A stretch of 64,000 nucleotides of DNA from a virus (Duplodnaviria; Caudoviricetes). This document shows positions 1 through 8,761 of this stretch, piece after piece; position 1 is the first letter of the stretch; each line of letters begins with the position of its first letter. The notes beneath the pieces were generated by a model that worked only from the letters and a program-made list of their open reading frames with translations, was not told the origin of the DNA and did no database searches. The stretch lies in the IMG/VR virus record IMGVR_UViG_3300026161_000447, positions 22,076 to 86,075 of that record. One strand, written 5' to 3'. Both the position numbers and the translations under genes were made by a program.

Positions 1-102
1 GCACTCGCGCCTCATGCGCAATCGCATGCTCGTCTCGCCGGCTGCCGGCAGTACGAGCTCGCAGCCGTCCGCGCCGCTCACTACGTCAGGCAGCTTGTCC
101 AT
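1..102 (-). CDS. Hypothetical protein, runs off the left edge (MDKLPDVVSGADGCELVLP...)
   Basis: ATG at 102 preceded by GGAGG; frame open to position 1. Confidence 0.4.
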   Translation of the reverse strand, partial: MDKLPDVVSGADGCELVLPAAGETSMRLRMRREC

Positions 103-104
103 GC

Positions 105-380
105 TCAGCCTCCCACTCCCGGCGCGCGCACCTTTGCCCACTGAATTGTGACATACTCGAATACTGCGCCTACCGCCAGCCTCCGGATCACGTACTCAGT
201 CTCCGGGAGCTGGACGGCAGTCTCGAGGTTGATCCCGTCGCGCCTGCCAAACGTCTCCTCGGTACCATCTGGCCAGACAACGGTGGCCTCGGTGGCTATG
301 ACGTAGATGCCATCGAGCGGGTCTGTCAGCTCCTGCTTGACGTAAACCACGAACTCGTTGCCCGGTGTCTCAGACGGCAT
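105..380 (-). CDS. Hypothetical protein
   Basis: 91 aa; GGAGG SD; tightly packed with neighbours. Confidence 0.7.
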   Translation of the reverse strand: MPSETPGNEFVVYVKQELTDPLDGIYVIATEATVVWPDGTEETFGRRDGINLETAVQLPETEYVIRRLAVGAVFEYVTIQWAKVRAPGVGG

Positions 381-382
381 GC

Positions 383-919
383 TCAGCCTCCAGCTCCTTG
401 CGGGGCGTCGGTGTACTTGAATTCAATGGCCTCCATGGTACCCAGCTCACGGGCGAACGATACCAGGGACCGCATGTCGTTGAGGACGGATGGGTGTGGC
501 GGCGTGACTGCCATCGTCTCGAGTCCCTTGCGCATCAGGTCTCGCACTTGGGGATCGATGCCGCAACCTGCCTCGCGCAGGAGGGCGTTACTCACCTCAA
601 CGGCCGCCCCCACCAAGTTCCGGGTGGGATGCCAGAAGACGCGAACACCCGCCGACATACCCTCAGCCAACACGAGCGGAGCGTCTGCGATGACCGAGGT
701 GTCGAAGTCGCCCACCCACCCCGTGAACGGCCTCAGGTGCGCCACGCGAGAGCCGTAGCGTGCCGTCACACCCGCTATGCGCCAGAAGACAACCCACCAT
801 CGGCTCTCCCGAACTCCAGTTGAGAAGCGGAACATGGAGTCTGCCCTCGCATCTGGCGGTTTCAGTCCCCACATGAGCGCGATCTGGAGCAGGTCAAGGA
901 AGCTCAGCCTGTCAGGCAT
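383..919 (-). CDS. Hypothetical protein (start MPDRLSF)
   Basis: ATG at 919 with GGAGGG SD; 178 aa. Confidence 0.7.
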   Translation of the reverse strand: MPDRLSFLDLLQIALMWGLKPPDARADSMFRFSTGVRESRWWVVFWRIAGVTARYGSRVAHLRPFTGWVGDFDTSVIADAPLVLAEGMSAGVRVFWHPTRNLVGAAVEVSNALLREAGCGIDPQVRDLMRKGLETMAVTPPHPSVLNDMRSLVSFARELGTMEAIEFKYTDAPQGAGG

Positions 920-921
920 GT

Positions 922-1122
922 TCACCCTCCCGCGAGACCACGATGTGCTCTGTCGCTGCCGTCCGTAGCCTTGGCCTCCTTCAGCAGTGCGAAGAGCCGT
1001 GGCTCCAGTCGGCGGAGTTCCATCCACGTTGGGCGTCTCCCGAGGCGTCTGCCGAAACAGCTCGGCTGCCCCTGCGCCAGTATTCCGGCCCCTGAGACCG
1101 TCCTCAGTTCAGACTTACCCAC
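922..1122 (-). CDS. Small hypothetical protein
   Basis: 66 aa, GTG start; stop overlaps the SD of the next gene. Confidence 0.35.
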   Translation of the reverse strand: MGKSELRTVSGAGILAQGQPSCFGRRLGRRPTWMELRRLEPRLFALLKEAKATDGSDRAHRGLAGG

Positions 1123-1281
1123 CTTTGCACCCCCGAAGCTATGCAGACCTGAGCGCTCGCAGGGAATGCCCCGTCCTGAAGCCCTGTGGCACCACGTTCT
1201 CTCCGCAGGGCCACTTCCGCCCCACCCATCGGAAACGCCCTTTCGGGCGCTCAGGGGCGCTACTTTACATAAGTCAGCGCA

Positions 1282-1734
1282 TTATGCTGCCTCTGGCGTC
1301 TCAACGCCAGTCAGCGCGATCAGCTCAGGGCAGGAGCGGTCCCCCTCGTCGTCCTCAAACACACACAGCGCCTCGGCGCCGAGAAACCTGAACTTGAACT
1401 GGTTCAGCGTCACGATCACAGGAACCCCGGACAGCCGCACCATCACCAGCGCGTCGCCGATCTCGGCATGTACCGGCACGTAGACCGCGAAGGCAAGCAG
1501 CGAGTGCTTCTCCGCCTGCTCGAGCGCATCCCGCAGAAGCGTCCACAGCCCCCGCGGCCCCGCCGGCCAGGCCTTTGACTTCACCTCCCCAATCCACGTC
1601 CGGCCCTCGCTGTCCTCCACGTGGATGTCGTGGTCTTCCTTCCAGTCCCTGGCCGCCTGCTCGCCCGCCAAGTAGCGCACGACGCGCGTCTCTACGCGCT
1701 TGCTTCTCACAAGCCGGCTCTTCCTCGTCGCCAT
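1282..1734 (-). CDS. PD-(D/E)XK nuclease, Holliday-junction resolvase (Hjc)-like
   Basis: E..R...HDIHV...WIGEVKSK (D...ExK) in 150 aa; lies downstream of the replication genes. Confidence 0.6.
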   Translation of the reverse strand: MATRKSRLVRSKRVETRVVRYLAGEQAARDWKEDHDIHVEDSEGRTWIGEVKSKAWPAGPRGLWTLLRDALEQAEKHSLLAFAVYVPVHAEIGDALVMVRLSGVPVIVTLNQFKFRFLGAEALCVFEDDEGDRSCPELIALTGVETPEAA

Positions 1735-1737
1735 GGT

Positions 1738-2487
1738 CTACGCCGCCTCCCCTACTGGGCCGTCCGTGGGCTCTGTCTCATCATGCCCCTCCGCCAGCTC
1801 CCCGAGTTCCTTGCCCGACATCTCCACCAACCGCTCCGTCGCCCGCTCGAAGGCCGCGCCGTCCATCGTCACCGACTTGTCGCCGTAGCTGAGCGTTACG
1901 CTCGTGCCGTCCGCTATCTTGTCTGCTGCGCCGAGTATCTTCTCCAGTTCCCTCTCCCCGCGCTCGAGGTAGTCCTTGAGCCCCTCGGCGTCCAACCCTG
2001 GAAGCTGGAGCTGCATGGCCGCCGCCATCGTCCTGAGGCGGTTGCTGTACAGCCCGTGCCTCTCCACCACCCCCCAAAACTCCTGCAGGTCGTGGCCGAC
2101 CACCGCCGGGCCGGGCTCACAGTGGCAGAGCTCGTGGTCGACCGTCGCCCACCGCTGCTCCTCCGTCATCGCCAACCACTCGCCGACGTTGACTTCGACC
2201 ATGAAATGCGGGGCCTTCACCTCCGCCCCCAGCTCGGTGACGAGGACCTGCGTCTTCTCGTTGACGACGCTGACCTTCGCCGCGCAGACGGCGCCCTTCT
2301 CACGCAGCGTCTTGCTCGTCCACAGCCAGACGAAGCGCAAATCGTCCAACACGGTCCTGTGGCGTTCCACCTGCTCGCGAAGCTGCTTCTCGATCCACCG
2401 CGGCTCATCCGCAAGCACATAGACCACCGTGTCCCCCCAGCCGTCGACCAGCTTCACGTCCTTCGCCTGCACGTAGTCAGGGGCCAT
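1738..2487 (-). CDS. Putative phage metallopeptidase (PF18894-like)
   Basis: DHELCHC...GHDLQEFWGVVERHG signature; ATG at 2487 after AAAGGA SD. Confidence 0.75.
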   Translation of the reverse strand: MAPDYVQAKDVKLVDGWGDTVVYVLADEPRWIEKQLREQVERHRTVLDDLRFVWLWTSKTLREKGAVCAAKVSVVNEKTQVLVTELGAEVKAPHFMVEVNVGEWLAMTEEQRWATVDHELCHCEPGPAVVGHDLQEFWGVVERHGLYSNRLRTMAAAMQLQLPGLDAEGLKDYLERGERELEKILGAADKIADGTSVTLSYGDKSVTMDGAAFERATERLVEMSGKELGELAEGHDETEPTDGPVGEAA

Positions 2488-2608
2488 AAGTTTGGTTTTC
2501 CTTTCTTTTGGCGCCCGAGACGTACCGTGTATCGCCGCCCCAGGCACCCAAAGTGTTCTGGTCACATTATGTAACCACGTTACGCAGCCCGCACGCTTCG
2601 CATCTCGT

Positions 2609-4867
2609 CTACGCAGCCCATGGGTCCTCACTCTCGTCTGGAGCAGCCGGTACTTCACCTGGCTCCAGGCCCTGCGTTTTTGCCATCTCCAGCATCTCCC
2701 ACTGCTCTGGACCGTAGATACGCCTGCAGTCGAAATCCGCCTGGCACAGGGTTGGCTTGAACGGCCGCTTGTTCCTGCACTTGTCGCAGAAGATCAGCAC
2801 TTCGCTCGACTGCTGCTGTTCATGCAGCGCGTCACCTGGCCTTCCGCGCTCGATCTCGACAACCAGGCTTGCCGCGTCTCTCCACCCCGTGGCGTGCTTC
2901 TCCGTGTGGCGCTTGTCCTGCTGTATCGTGACCTGGCTGGGGACGATGATCGGTGCACCGATCTCCCCAGCGAGGTTGGCGATACGGTTTGCGCAGTCCT
3001 CAAGCCTCTGGGTGAAGTTGTCACCGTCTCCGCCTCGGACACGCTGTGCATAGTCAACAAGGACGAACAGCACCTGCTTCTCCATCGCGTGATTTCGGAT
3101 GTCGATCTCCAGATCGCCGAGTTGGTTGATCCTGTCGCTTATCTTCAGCGGTAGCTCGGGCCATCGAGCGTATGCTCTCCCCAGTCGGCGGTCCATGCTA
3201 TCGCCTTCCTTGCCCCACCTCATGCGCGCGCCCCCCTCGCTCACGAACCTCTCGGGCAGATAGCCGTCCCACTGCAGGAACCGTCGGAACACGCTGAACT
3301 CAGTGTCCTCCAGCAGGTACACGAGCCCAACGACGTCCTGTCGTCCGATGTAGGCCGCGGAGCTCTCGAACACACACTGGAGCGAGAGCGTTGTCTTCCC
3401 AAAGCCGCTCTGCCCCTTGACGAGCACGAGCTGCTGGTCGGCGATCCCGCGTATCGCCTTATCGATCTCCCATATCCCCGTTCTCGCCCCGGACAGCTCG
3501 TATGGCTGGTACCTCAGCCGCTCCGAACGCTCGATATGGTCGACAGACCTGTCAAAGACCGGCTCAGCCGTGCGCGTCCCCTGCAGGTTTCCGACGATCT
3601 CCCGGAGCTGCACCTGCGCCGTCTCCAGGGCGCGCCTGCCCTCTTTGCTCGACGTCAGCCTCCGCCCCAGCTTCTGGACCTCGCGGGCCAATGCCGCCTC
3701 GCGCAAGGACAGGGCATGCTGTCTCAGCGTCGCCCTATCGGGCACCCTATCGGCGTAGAGCCTCAGCATTCCCGGTGACAGGTCTGGGAACCGCGTCTCG
3801 AGCCTTGCCGCTACCAGCGTGGCGTCAACAACCCCCGCCTCCGCCTGCAGCAGCCCGATGGTCTCGAAGATCGCCCTGTGCCCGGGGACCGAGAAGTCCG
3901 TCGCCCGGACGTTGACCAAGCACCACGACCGCAGCACCCCGTCCCCCAGCATCGCGCCGACAACGAGGCGCTCCTGGTCTTCCAGCGCCGGTGACACCTC
4001 CTCCGGCTCATCCTCTGCCACAGGCATCAGCTCAGCGTTCTCCAAGAGCTCTCCGATGTCGCCGGCGAAGTCCGCCGCGTCGCCTTTCTCCGGCGCTTCG
4101 GGCCACTTGACGACCAGTGGGCTACAGCCCAGGTCCTGGAGAGCCGTACCCAGCTTGCGCATGTGGTCTCGGCCTGCCGGGTCGTTGTCTGCCCACAGGT
4201 AGACAGCGTGTCCCAACAGAGGCTCCAACCTCTCCCCAGTCGGAGTAGCACCCGCGCCATACGTGCCGACAGCCAAGTACCCCTGCGCCGTCACAGCATC
4301 ACACGCTTTCTCACCCTCGGTGACGATCACACTGCAGCTCTCGTCCGCCGCGATCAGCGCCGGCAGGTTGTACAATGGCAGCATGTTGACGCCGACTTCT
4401 CCCAGGCCCTTGCGCCCATTCCTCTCCCACCACATGCTCTTTCGGCCGTCCTCAAAGTCCAGCCTCACGTGCTCGGCAACGAGACGCCCGTCGGCCTCTC
4501 TCGCTCCCCAGCGCCTCTCCTGCACCACCTTCCGCCTGCGCTCTGGTACATGGGTCGGAACGCTTGCCGGGTCGAGGCCGTAGACACTTGCCGCGAACTC
4601 CAATGCCGCCGGGAAGTCACAGCCGCGGACGCTCTGCACCAGGTCGAAGACATCACCGGCCTTTCCGTCGTCGCCGAAACGCTTCCACAGCCCCTGAAGC
4701 TTGCCGCCGATCAGCAGGCTCGCCTCAGTTTCGCTCCCATCGAAGCACCAGACGGACTGCGGGATCTTGCTCTTGCGCTCGTCGACCCTGAGCCCCAAGG
4801 CCGTGACGATGGGCATGGGGTCTCTGGCGAACGCCAGCTTGACGTCATCCGGCCCGCTTGTACTCAT
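2609..4867 (-). CDS. Bifunctional DNA primase (TOPRIM) - DnaB-like replicative helicase
   Basis: N-terminal primase-type GDVFDLV motif; TOPRIM VTEGEKACDA and LWADNDPAG; DnaB N-domain; Walker A GQSGFGKT; VDYAQ; SQV; KCRN arginine finger. Confidence 0.9.
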   Translation of the reverse strand: MSTSGPDDVKLAFARDPMPIVTALGLRVDERKSKIPQSVWCFDGSETEASLLIGGKLQGLWKRFGDDGKAGDVFDLVQSVRGCDFPAALEFAASVYGLDPASVPTHVPERRRKVVQERRWGAREADGRLVAEHVRLDFEDGRKSMWWERNGRKGLGEVGVNMLPLYNLPALIAADESCSVIVTEGEKACDAVTAQGYLAVGTYGAGATPTGERLEPLLGHAVYLWADNDPAGRDHMRKLGTALQDLGCSPLVVKWPEAPEKGDAADFAGDIGELLENAELMPVAEDEPEEVSPALEDQERLVVGAMLGDGVLRSWCLVNVRATDFSVPGHRAIFETIGLLQAEAGVVDATLVAARLETRFPDLSPGMLRLYADRVPDRATLRQHALSLREAALAREVQKLGRRLTSSKEGRRALETAQVQLREIVGNLQGTRTAEPVFDRSVDHIERSERLRYQPYELSGARTGIWEIDKAIRGIADQQLVLVKGQSGFGKTTLSLQCVFESSAAYIGRQDVVGLVYLLEDTEFSVFRRFLQWDGYLPERFVSEGGARMRWGKEGDSMDRRLGRAYARWPELPLKISDRINQLGDLEIDIRNHAMEKQVLFVLVDYAQRVRGGDGDNFTQRLEDCANRIANLAGEIGAPIIVPSQVTIQQDKRHTEKHATGWRDAASLVVEIERGRPGDALHEQQQSSEVLIFCDKCRNKRPFKPTLCQADFDCRRIYGPEQWEMLEMAKTQGLEPGEVPAAPDESEDPWAA

Positions 4868-5936
4868 TCAGCTTCGCCTCCAGTATCGCACTGCAGCGCA
4901 CGTCCCGGTTGTCGTAGTTGAGCCAGAATGCCGCCCCCAGTTGCTCCGCCACCGCGTTCGGTATGCCGTCGGGGACCTTGGCGCGCCACTGGTCTTCGCG
5001 TTTGGCCTTCCCGCCGATCTCGGGGAAGAGGCGCAGGAAGTACGCGTCAGGGAACCTGTCACCGGCTTTTGGCGGGTCACGGCTGATGCGCCTGACGACC
5101 TCGCTTGGCCCACAGACGTCGGGGTAGTCCTGGCAGAAGGCCGCGGCGGTCTGGACCCACTCGCCGCTGTTGCGTCGCCGTCCCGCCGGTGACGCCAGGA
5201 CGGCCCTGGCGACGTCTGCCGTCTGCTCGTCAGAGCAATTCCCGGGGGGCGCCGTTTGGCCGTCCGTGGGCTCCGGAGCGTCAGTCCCGCCACCTCGCGT
5301 GCGCGCGCGCTCCCCGCCGTTGCCGTACTTCCTTTCCCTTCCCTTCCCTTCAGGCGCAACTTCTGGCAACTCCTGGCAAGTGTTGATATGAGTTGCCAAC
5401 TCAACTGCTCCACCTACCAACTGAATGGAGCCAGTCATCTCCAACTGCCGGTCTATCCGCTCCCTCTCGTCCACAGAGAGCACCATGTACCACCTAGCGG
5501 CAACGGTGTTCCAGGCACGTGTTTTTCCATGTTGCTGCTTGTACAGAGCCAGTATCTTGTCCATCTGCTCCCACGACGTCAGGGGGGTCTGATCGTCTCT
5601 GGGAGGCTCTGGAAGAGAGCTCGGAGTCCGCTGGTTGCTGTCGATGATCTGTCGCTTGAACCACGACCTCAGGAACCCAAACTGGCCATCCCCGTAACAC
5701 CTCACCACACCTATCCGCTCAAGATCCTGGATCGACTTCTCGACATCCTCCACGTCGACGGGGTCAAGCCTGTTGAACACCAGTTCCAGTAGTGCGAAGG
5801 GGGACACCTCGAAGCGTCCCTCGTCATCTGCAATGTCTGTGATGAGGGCAGCCAGCAGGAACCTGGTGTGCATCGGGAGCGGCCTCAGCTTCGGGTCCCT
5901 CCAAAATTCCTCGTCGAGCGTTCTGTGCCGAGACAT
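4845..5936 (-). CDS. Phage replication initiator (replisome organiser / lambda O-like, N-terminal wHTH)
   Basis: MSRHRTLDEEFWRD...LITDIADDEGRF N-terminus; EGKGREGK-type linker; directly upstream of the helicase; AGGAG SD. Confidence 0.75.
   Translation of the reverse strand: MSRHRTLDEEFWRDPKLRPLPMHTRFLLAALITDIADDEGRFEVSPFALLELVFNRLDPVDVEDVEKSIQDLERIGVVRCYGDGQFGFLRSWFKRQIIDSNQRTPSSLPEPPRDDQTPLTSWEQMDKILALYKQQHGKTRAWNTVAARWYMVLSVDERERIDRQLEMTGSIQLVGGAVELATHINTCQELPEVAPEGKGRERKYGNGGERARTRGGGTDAPEPTDGQTAPPGNCSDEQTADVARAVLASPAGRRRNSGEWVQTAAAFCQDYPDVCGPSEVVRRISRDPPKAGDRFPDAYFLRLFPEIGGKAKREDQWRAKVPDGIPNAVAEQLGAAFWLNYDNRDVRCSAILEAKLNEYKRAG
5356..5450. repeat. Iteron-like repeats inside the initiator gene (candidate ori)
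   Basis: GCAACTTCTG GCAACTCCTG GCAAGTGTTG (10-bp period, 5356-5385), inverted AGTTGC at 5391, and further CAACT(G) copies to 5450. Confidence 0.45.
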
Positions 5937-5945
5937 TGCCAACTC

Positions 5946-6509
5946 CTATGCTGCAGCCTTGTCGAACCGCTTCCCCCGCGCGAGCTCGTAGGCACGCACT
6001 ATGCGTGCGTCCTGCGCCGGGTCCCGTGCTATCTCGTCGTACAACGTGTGCTCGCCACCGGGGTGATGTAGGCCCCACTCGCCGATCACGAACTGCTCGC
6101 ACTGACTACACCACCCCCACTCCGCCATGACGTCACAGCTTCCATCTGGCGAAACCCAGCCAAACCCCTCAGTGACGACCCCTGACCTGAGCTTCCTGAT
6201 CGGCCACAGCTCATACGTCAGCACGAACACCAGCGAGTCCGTCTCTCTCGCAAGCTTCCTGCACAACTCGAACTCGCGCTGCCCTACGGCACACAGCATG
6301 GGCTTGACCTCGATCCAACACCGCTGATGGGGAAGCCAGAAGTCCGGCAGGTAGGGCGTCCCGTCGAGTCCGAACGCCTCTGGCTCGTACTCAAACGGGA
6401 TCCCCAGCTCGTCCATGAACACCGCCCACCTGGCCTCCAGGCGCGAGCGGAACCGGTATCCCAGGTAGGTTGTGGGGATTGGCGTAATGCCCCAGCGGTC
6501 GTCCCCCAT
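5946..6509 (-). CDS. Phage PD-(D/E)XK endonuclease-like protein
   Basis: YRFRSRLEARWAVF...YEPE...YLPDFWLP...WIEVKP motif set. Confidence 0.75.
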   Translation of the reverse strand: MGDDRWGITPIPTTYLGYRFRSRLEARWAVFMDELGIPFEYEPEAFGLDGTPYLPDFWLPHQRCWIEVKPMLCAVGQREFELCRKLARETDSLVFVLTYELWPIRKLRSGVVTEGFGWVSPDGSCDVMAEWGWCSQCEQFVIGEWGLHHPGGEHTLYDEIARDPAQDARIVRAYELARGKRFDKAAA

Positions 6510-6517
6510 GTCTCCTC

Positions 6518-6784
6518 CTAACAGAGTCTCCCAAGTGTGAACGCCGACATCGCGAGTACCACCAGATCCGCCGACTGCGCGGCCGATAGCGCGCCATAGA
6601 TTTCCAGGTAGAGGCTGCCGCCCGCGCCGCTCACCCTCACGTCCGTCTCCCCCAGGTCTCCGGCTTCGAGCACGTGAAGTCCCTTCAGTTTGTCCAAGAC
6701 CGCGAAGTCAATGCGTGCCGCCTGCGCGTCATCGTGAATGACCGACCAACCACCAGCAAACGTGAGTGTGGTACAATGGGCCAT
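6518..6784 (-). CDS. Hypothetical protein (start MAHCTT)
   Basis: AAGGAG SD upstream of ATG 6784; 88 aa. Confidence 0.55.
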   Translation of the reverse strand: MAHCTTLTFAGGWSVIHDDAQAARIDFAVLDKLKGLHVLEAGDLGETDVRVSGAGGSLYLEIYGALSAAQSADLVVLAMSAFTLGRLC

Positions 6785-6789
6785 GTCGA

Positions 6790-7001
6790 CGCAGCTCCTT
6801 GCGTCGGCCACGCCCCGGGGTGGTGACGACACCGCCGGGGCTTTGCCGTGTCACCGGAGCCAGAACACAAAGCGGCCCCGGCTTTGGTTGCGCTCTCTGG
6901 GGAGAGGTCGCGCAGGCCGTAGGCCGGGGCCGAACTTGATGGACTGTGAAGGCGTGCTTGTAGAACCACGAACGGCCTGCGACTACCTCTCCCCAGAGGT
7001 G
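6790..7001 (-). promoter_or_regulatory. Structured ~210-nt 5' leader of the replication operon
   Basis: ACCTCT-N4-AGAGGT palindrome at 6985-7000 and a near copy at 6893-6908 (14-bp perfect inverted pair); stems GGCCCCGGC/GCCGGGGCC and GCCCCGG/CCGGGGC. Confidence 0.55.
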
Positions 7002-7006
7002 TCGCC

Positions 7007-7035
7007 ATCGTACCACCGGCCGTCAGGGGCGTCAA
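7007..7035 (-). promoter_or_regulatory. Sigma70-type promoter for the replication genes
   Basis: Minus strand TTGACG-17 nt-TACGAT with extended TG. Confidence 0.8.
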
Positions 7036-7114
7036 GCACGTCATTCGCGGCCCTCTTATTGGCAGTTATTCCTGCCTACATTGCTGGTACTCTCTGATGC
7101 CTGTACGTGCTGCT

Positions 7115-8761
7115 TTAGGCGCTCTTGCGCCGCCGTCCCTGTTTCACCAGGCCGTCCATGACGGCTCCCACGATCTCCCTGCGGTTTGCCAGTGCCGCGT
7201 ACACCCGTTCGTCAATCGTATTCGCCGCCAACAGGTGGTAGACAAAGACCGCCGACTGCTGACCCGGGCGGTCCGTGCGCTTGAGGCTCTGCTCGTAGTC
7301 CTTCAGGCTGAATGTGACGGAGAAGTAGATCGAGTAGTGGGCACGTGAGGCGTCGATGCCCTCGCCTCCCGCCTGTATCTGCACCGCCAGATCGAGGACG
7401 TCGCCGGCCTGCCAGGCGGCGAGGTCGTTGCGTCGACCGCTGAGCTCACCACACTTGCGGCCGAGCTTCTCGCAGACTGCGTTGATGACCTGGAGGTCGT
7501 GGACGAACCGGCAGAAGATCACCACGGGCTCGTCGGCGGGGATATCGGAGAGGACGTCGGCAAGGAGCTCGGCCTTCTCGTCCCCGAGCTCGATGATCTC
7601 CGTCTCACCCTCGTCGTCCTTCGCGGGGAGAAAGCCGTTGGCGATCTGGGCGCAGCGCGTGAGCTTGGCGAAGACACACGCGGTGTCTACGGATCGCCCG
7701 TCCCCGATCTCGACACGCAGTTCCGTCTCCGCCTGGTCGTGTGCCCTGCGAGCCTTCGCTCCCAGGAGGCACAGGCGCTCCATGTGCGTGACGGGCGGCA
7801 GGTCGACGACATCGCGCGTCATGACGCGGCACGTCCAGGGCTCGATAGCCGCCTGCGCCTGGTCGACGTCCTTGTATCTGGCAACGGCCGTGCGCATGAA
7901 GGCCGTCTTCGGGTCCTGCAGCATCTCGTCAATGCGCCGATGCCCCAGGTACTCAAGGGCCTGGGCCGTCGGCTGGACGTGGCCGGACCGTTCCAGGCAT
8001 GCGACGGCCGGCTCACCGAAGCGGTCGACAGCCGCCGCCCGCTCGTCGGGGGTGAAGGGTGGCTTCAGGGCATTGAGGAGGTCGAGCATCTTGCGACCGA
8101 AGGGCCGTGGGTTCTCCCGCATGTCCTGCTCCTTCGTGACGACGAAACGGCGTCTGAATGCCCAGAAGTCGGTGCCGAAGATGTCCCTGTTGATGACCTC
8201 AAACTGCGGGAACAGATCGAGGACACTGTGGGGCATGGGCGTCCCTGAAAGGCAGAGGCGATGGGGTACTTTCCTGGCAGTAGTTCTTGCCACTTCCGAC
8301 TGCCTGCCGTCCGCGGCCTTGATCCGGTGGCATTCGTCGTAGACCACGAGATCCCATGGCAAGCCGGCGAGGGTCGACGCCATCGGCTCGCGGATCGTGC
8401 TCTCGTAGTTGAGCGCCACTGCGAGCCCTAGGTCGTCGACGTCGGCGCAGAGGAAGCTGGCACCGACCTTGGCGGCGCGGTCCTTGACGGTCCCCTCGTC
8501 AAGTGGCAGCACCAGCCAGTTGCTGAGGCCGCACTTGGCGAACTCCTTGGGCCACACGCGGATCACGGACTTCGGGCACATGATCAGCAGCCGGCGGCAC
8601 CGCCACTTGACTGCAAGCGCCAGGGCGGTGCGCGACTTGCCGGCGCCCATGTCGAAGGCCAGCATGCCGCTGCCCAGCGGGCCGAGCTTGTCGACGGCCT
8701 GTTGCTGGTGCTCCCACAGGTCGATCAAGCTAGAACCCTCCAAAGACGTCGTCGTCGTCAT
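7115..8761 (-). CDS. SNF2/SWI2-family helicase/ATPase
   Basis: LWEHQQQA; AFDMGAGKS; VYDECH; LSGTP; QSLKRTDRPGQ. Confidence 0.9.
   Translation of the reverse strand: MTTTTSLEGSSLIDLWEHQQQAVDKLGPLGSGMLAFDMGAGKSRTALALAVKWRCRRLLIMCPKSVIRVWPKEFAKCGLSNWLVLPLDEGTVKDRAAKVGASFLCADVDDLGLAVALNYESTIREPMASTLAGLPWDLVVYDECHRIKAADGRQSEVARTTARKVPHRLCLSGTPMPHSVLDLFPQFEVINRDIFGTDFWAFRRRFVVTKEQDMRENPRPFGRKMLDLLNALKPPFTPDERAAAVDRFGEPAVACLERSGHVQPTAQALEYLGHRRIDEMLQDPKTAFMRTAVARYKDVDQAQAAIEPWTCRVMTRDVVDLPPVTHMERLCLLGAKARRAHDQAETELRVEIGDGRSVDTACVFAKLTRCAQIANGFLPAKDDEGETEIIELGDEKAELLADVLSDIPADEPVVIFCRFVHDLQVINAVCEKLGRKCGELSGRRNDLAAWQAGDVLDLAVQIQAGGEGIDASRAHYSIYFSVTFSLKDYEQSLKRTDRPGQQSAVFVYHLLAANTIDERVYAALANRREIVGAVMDGLVKQGRRRKSA

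Noticed and set aside
100-391. Identical gene-junction words (CATGCTCAGCCTCC at 100 and 378; CATCATGCCGCCTCC at 15670 and 18782)
   Set aside because: Explained by SD + stop + start overlap constraints common in phage operons
2560-2595. Possible promoter (CATAAT) with GTAAC-N3-GTTAC palindrome before the metallopeptidase
   Set aside because: Poor -35 and the palindrome is not repeated elsewhere; too weak to call
3990-4030. T7 gp4B-like internal start for a helicase-only product (MPVAEDE)
   Set aside because: Only a weak GGAG 12 nt upstream; not supportable from sequence alone
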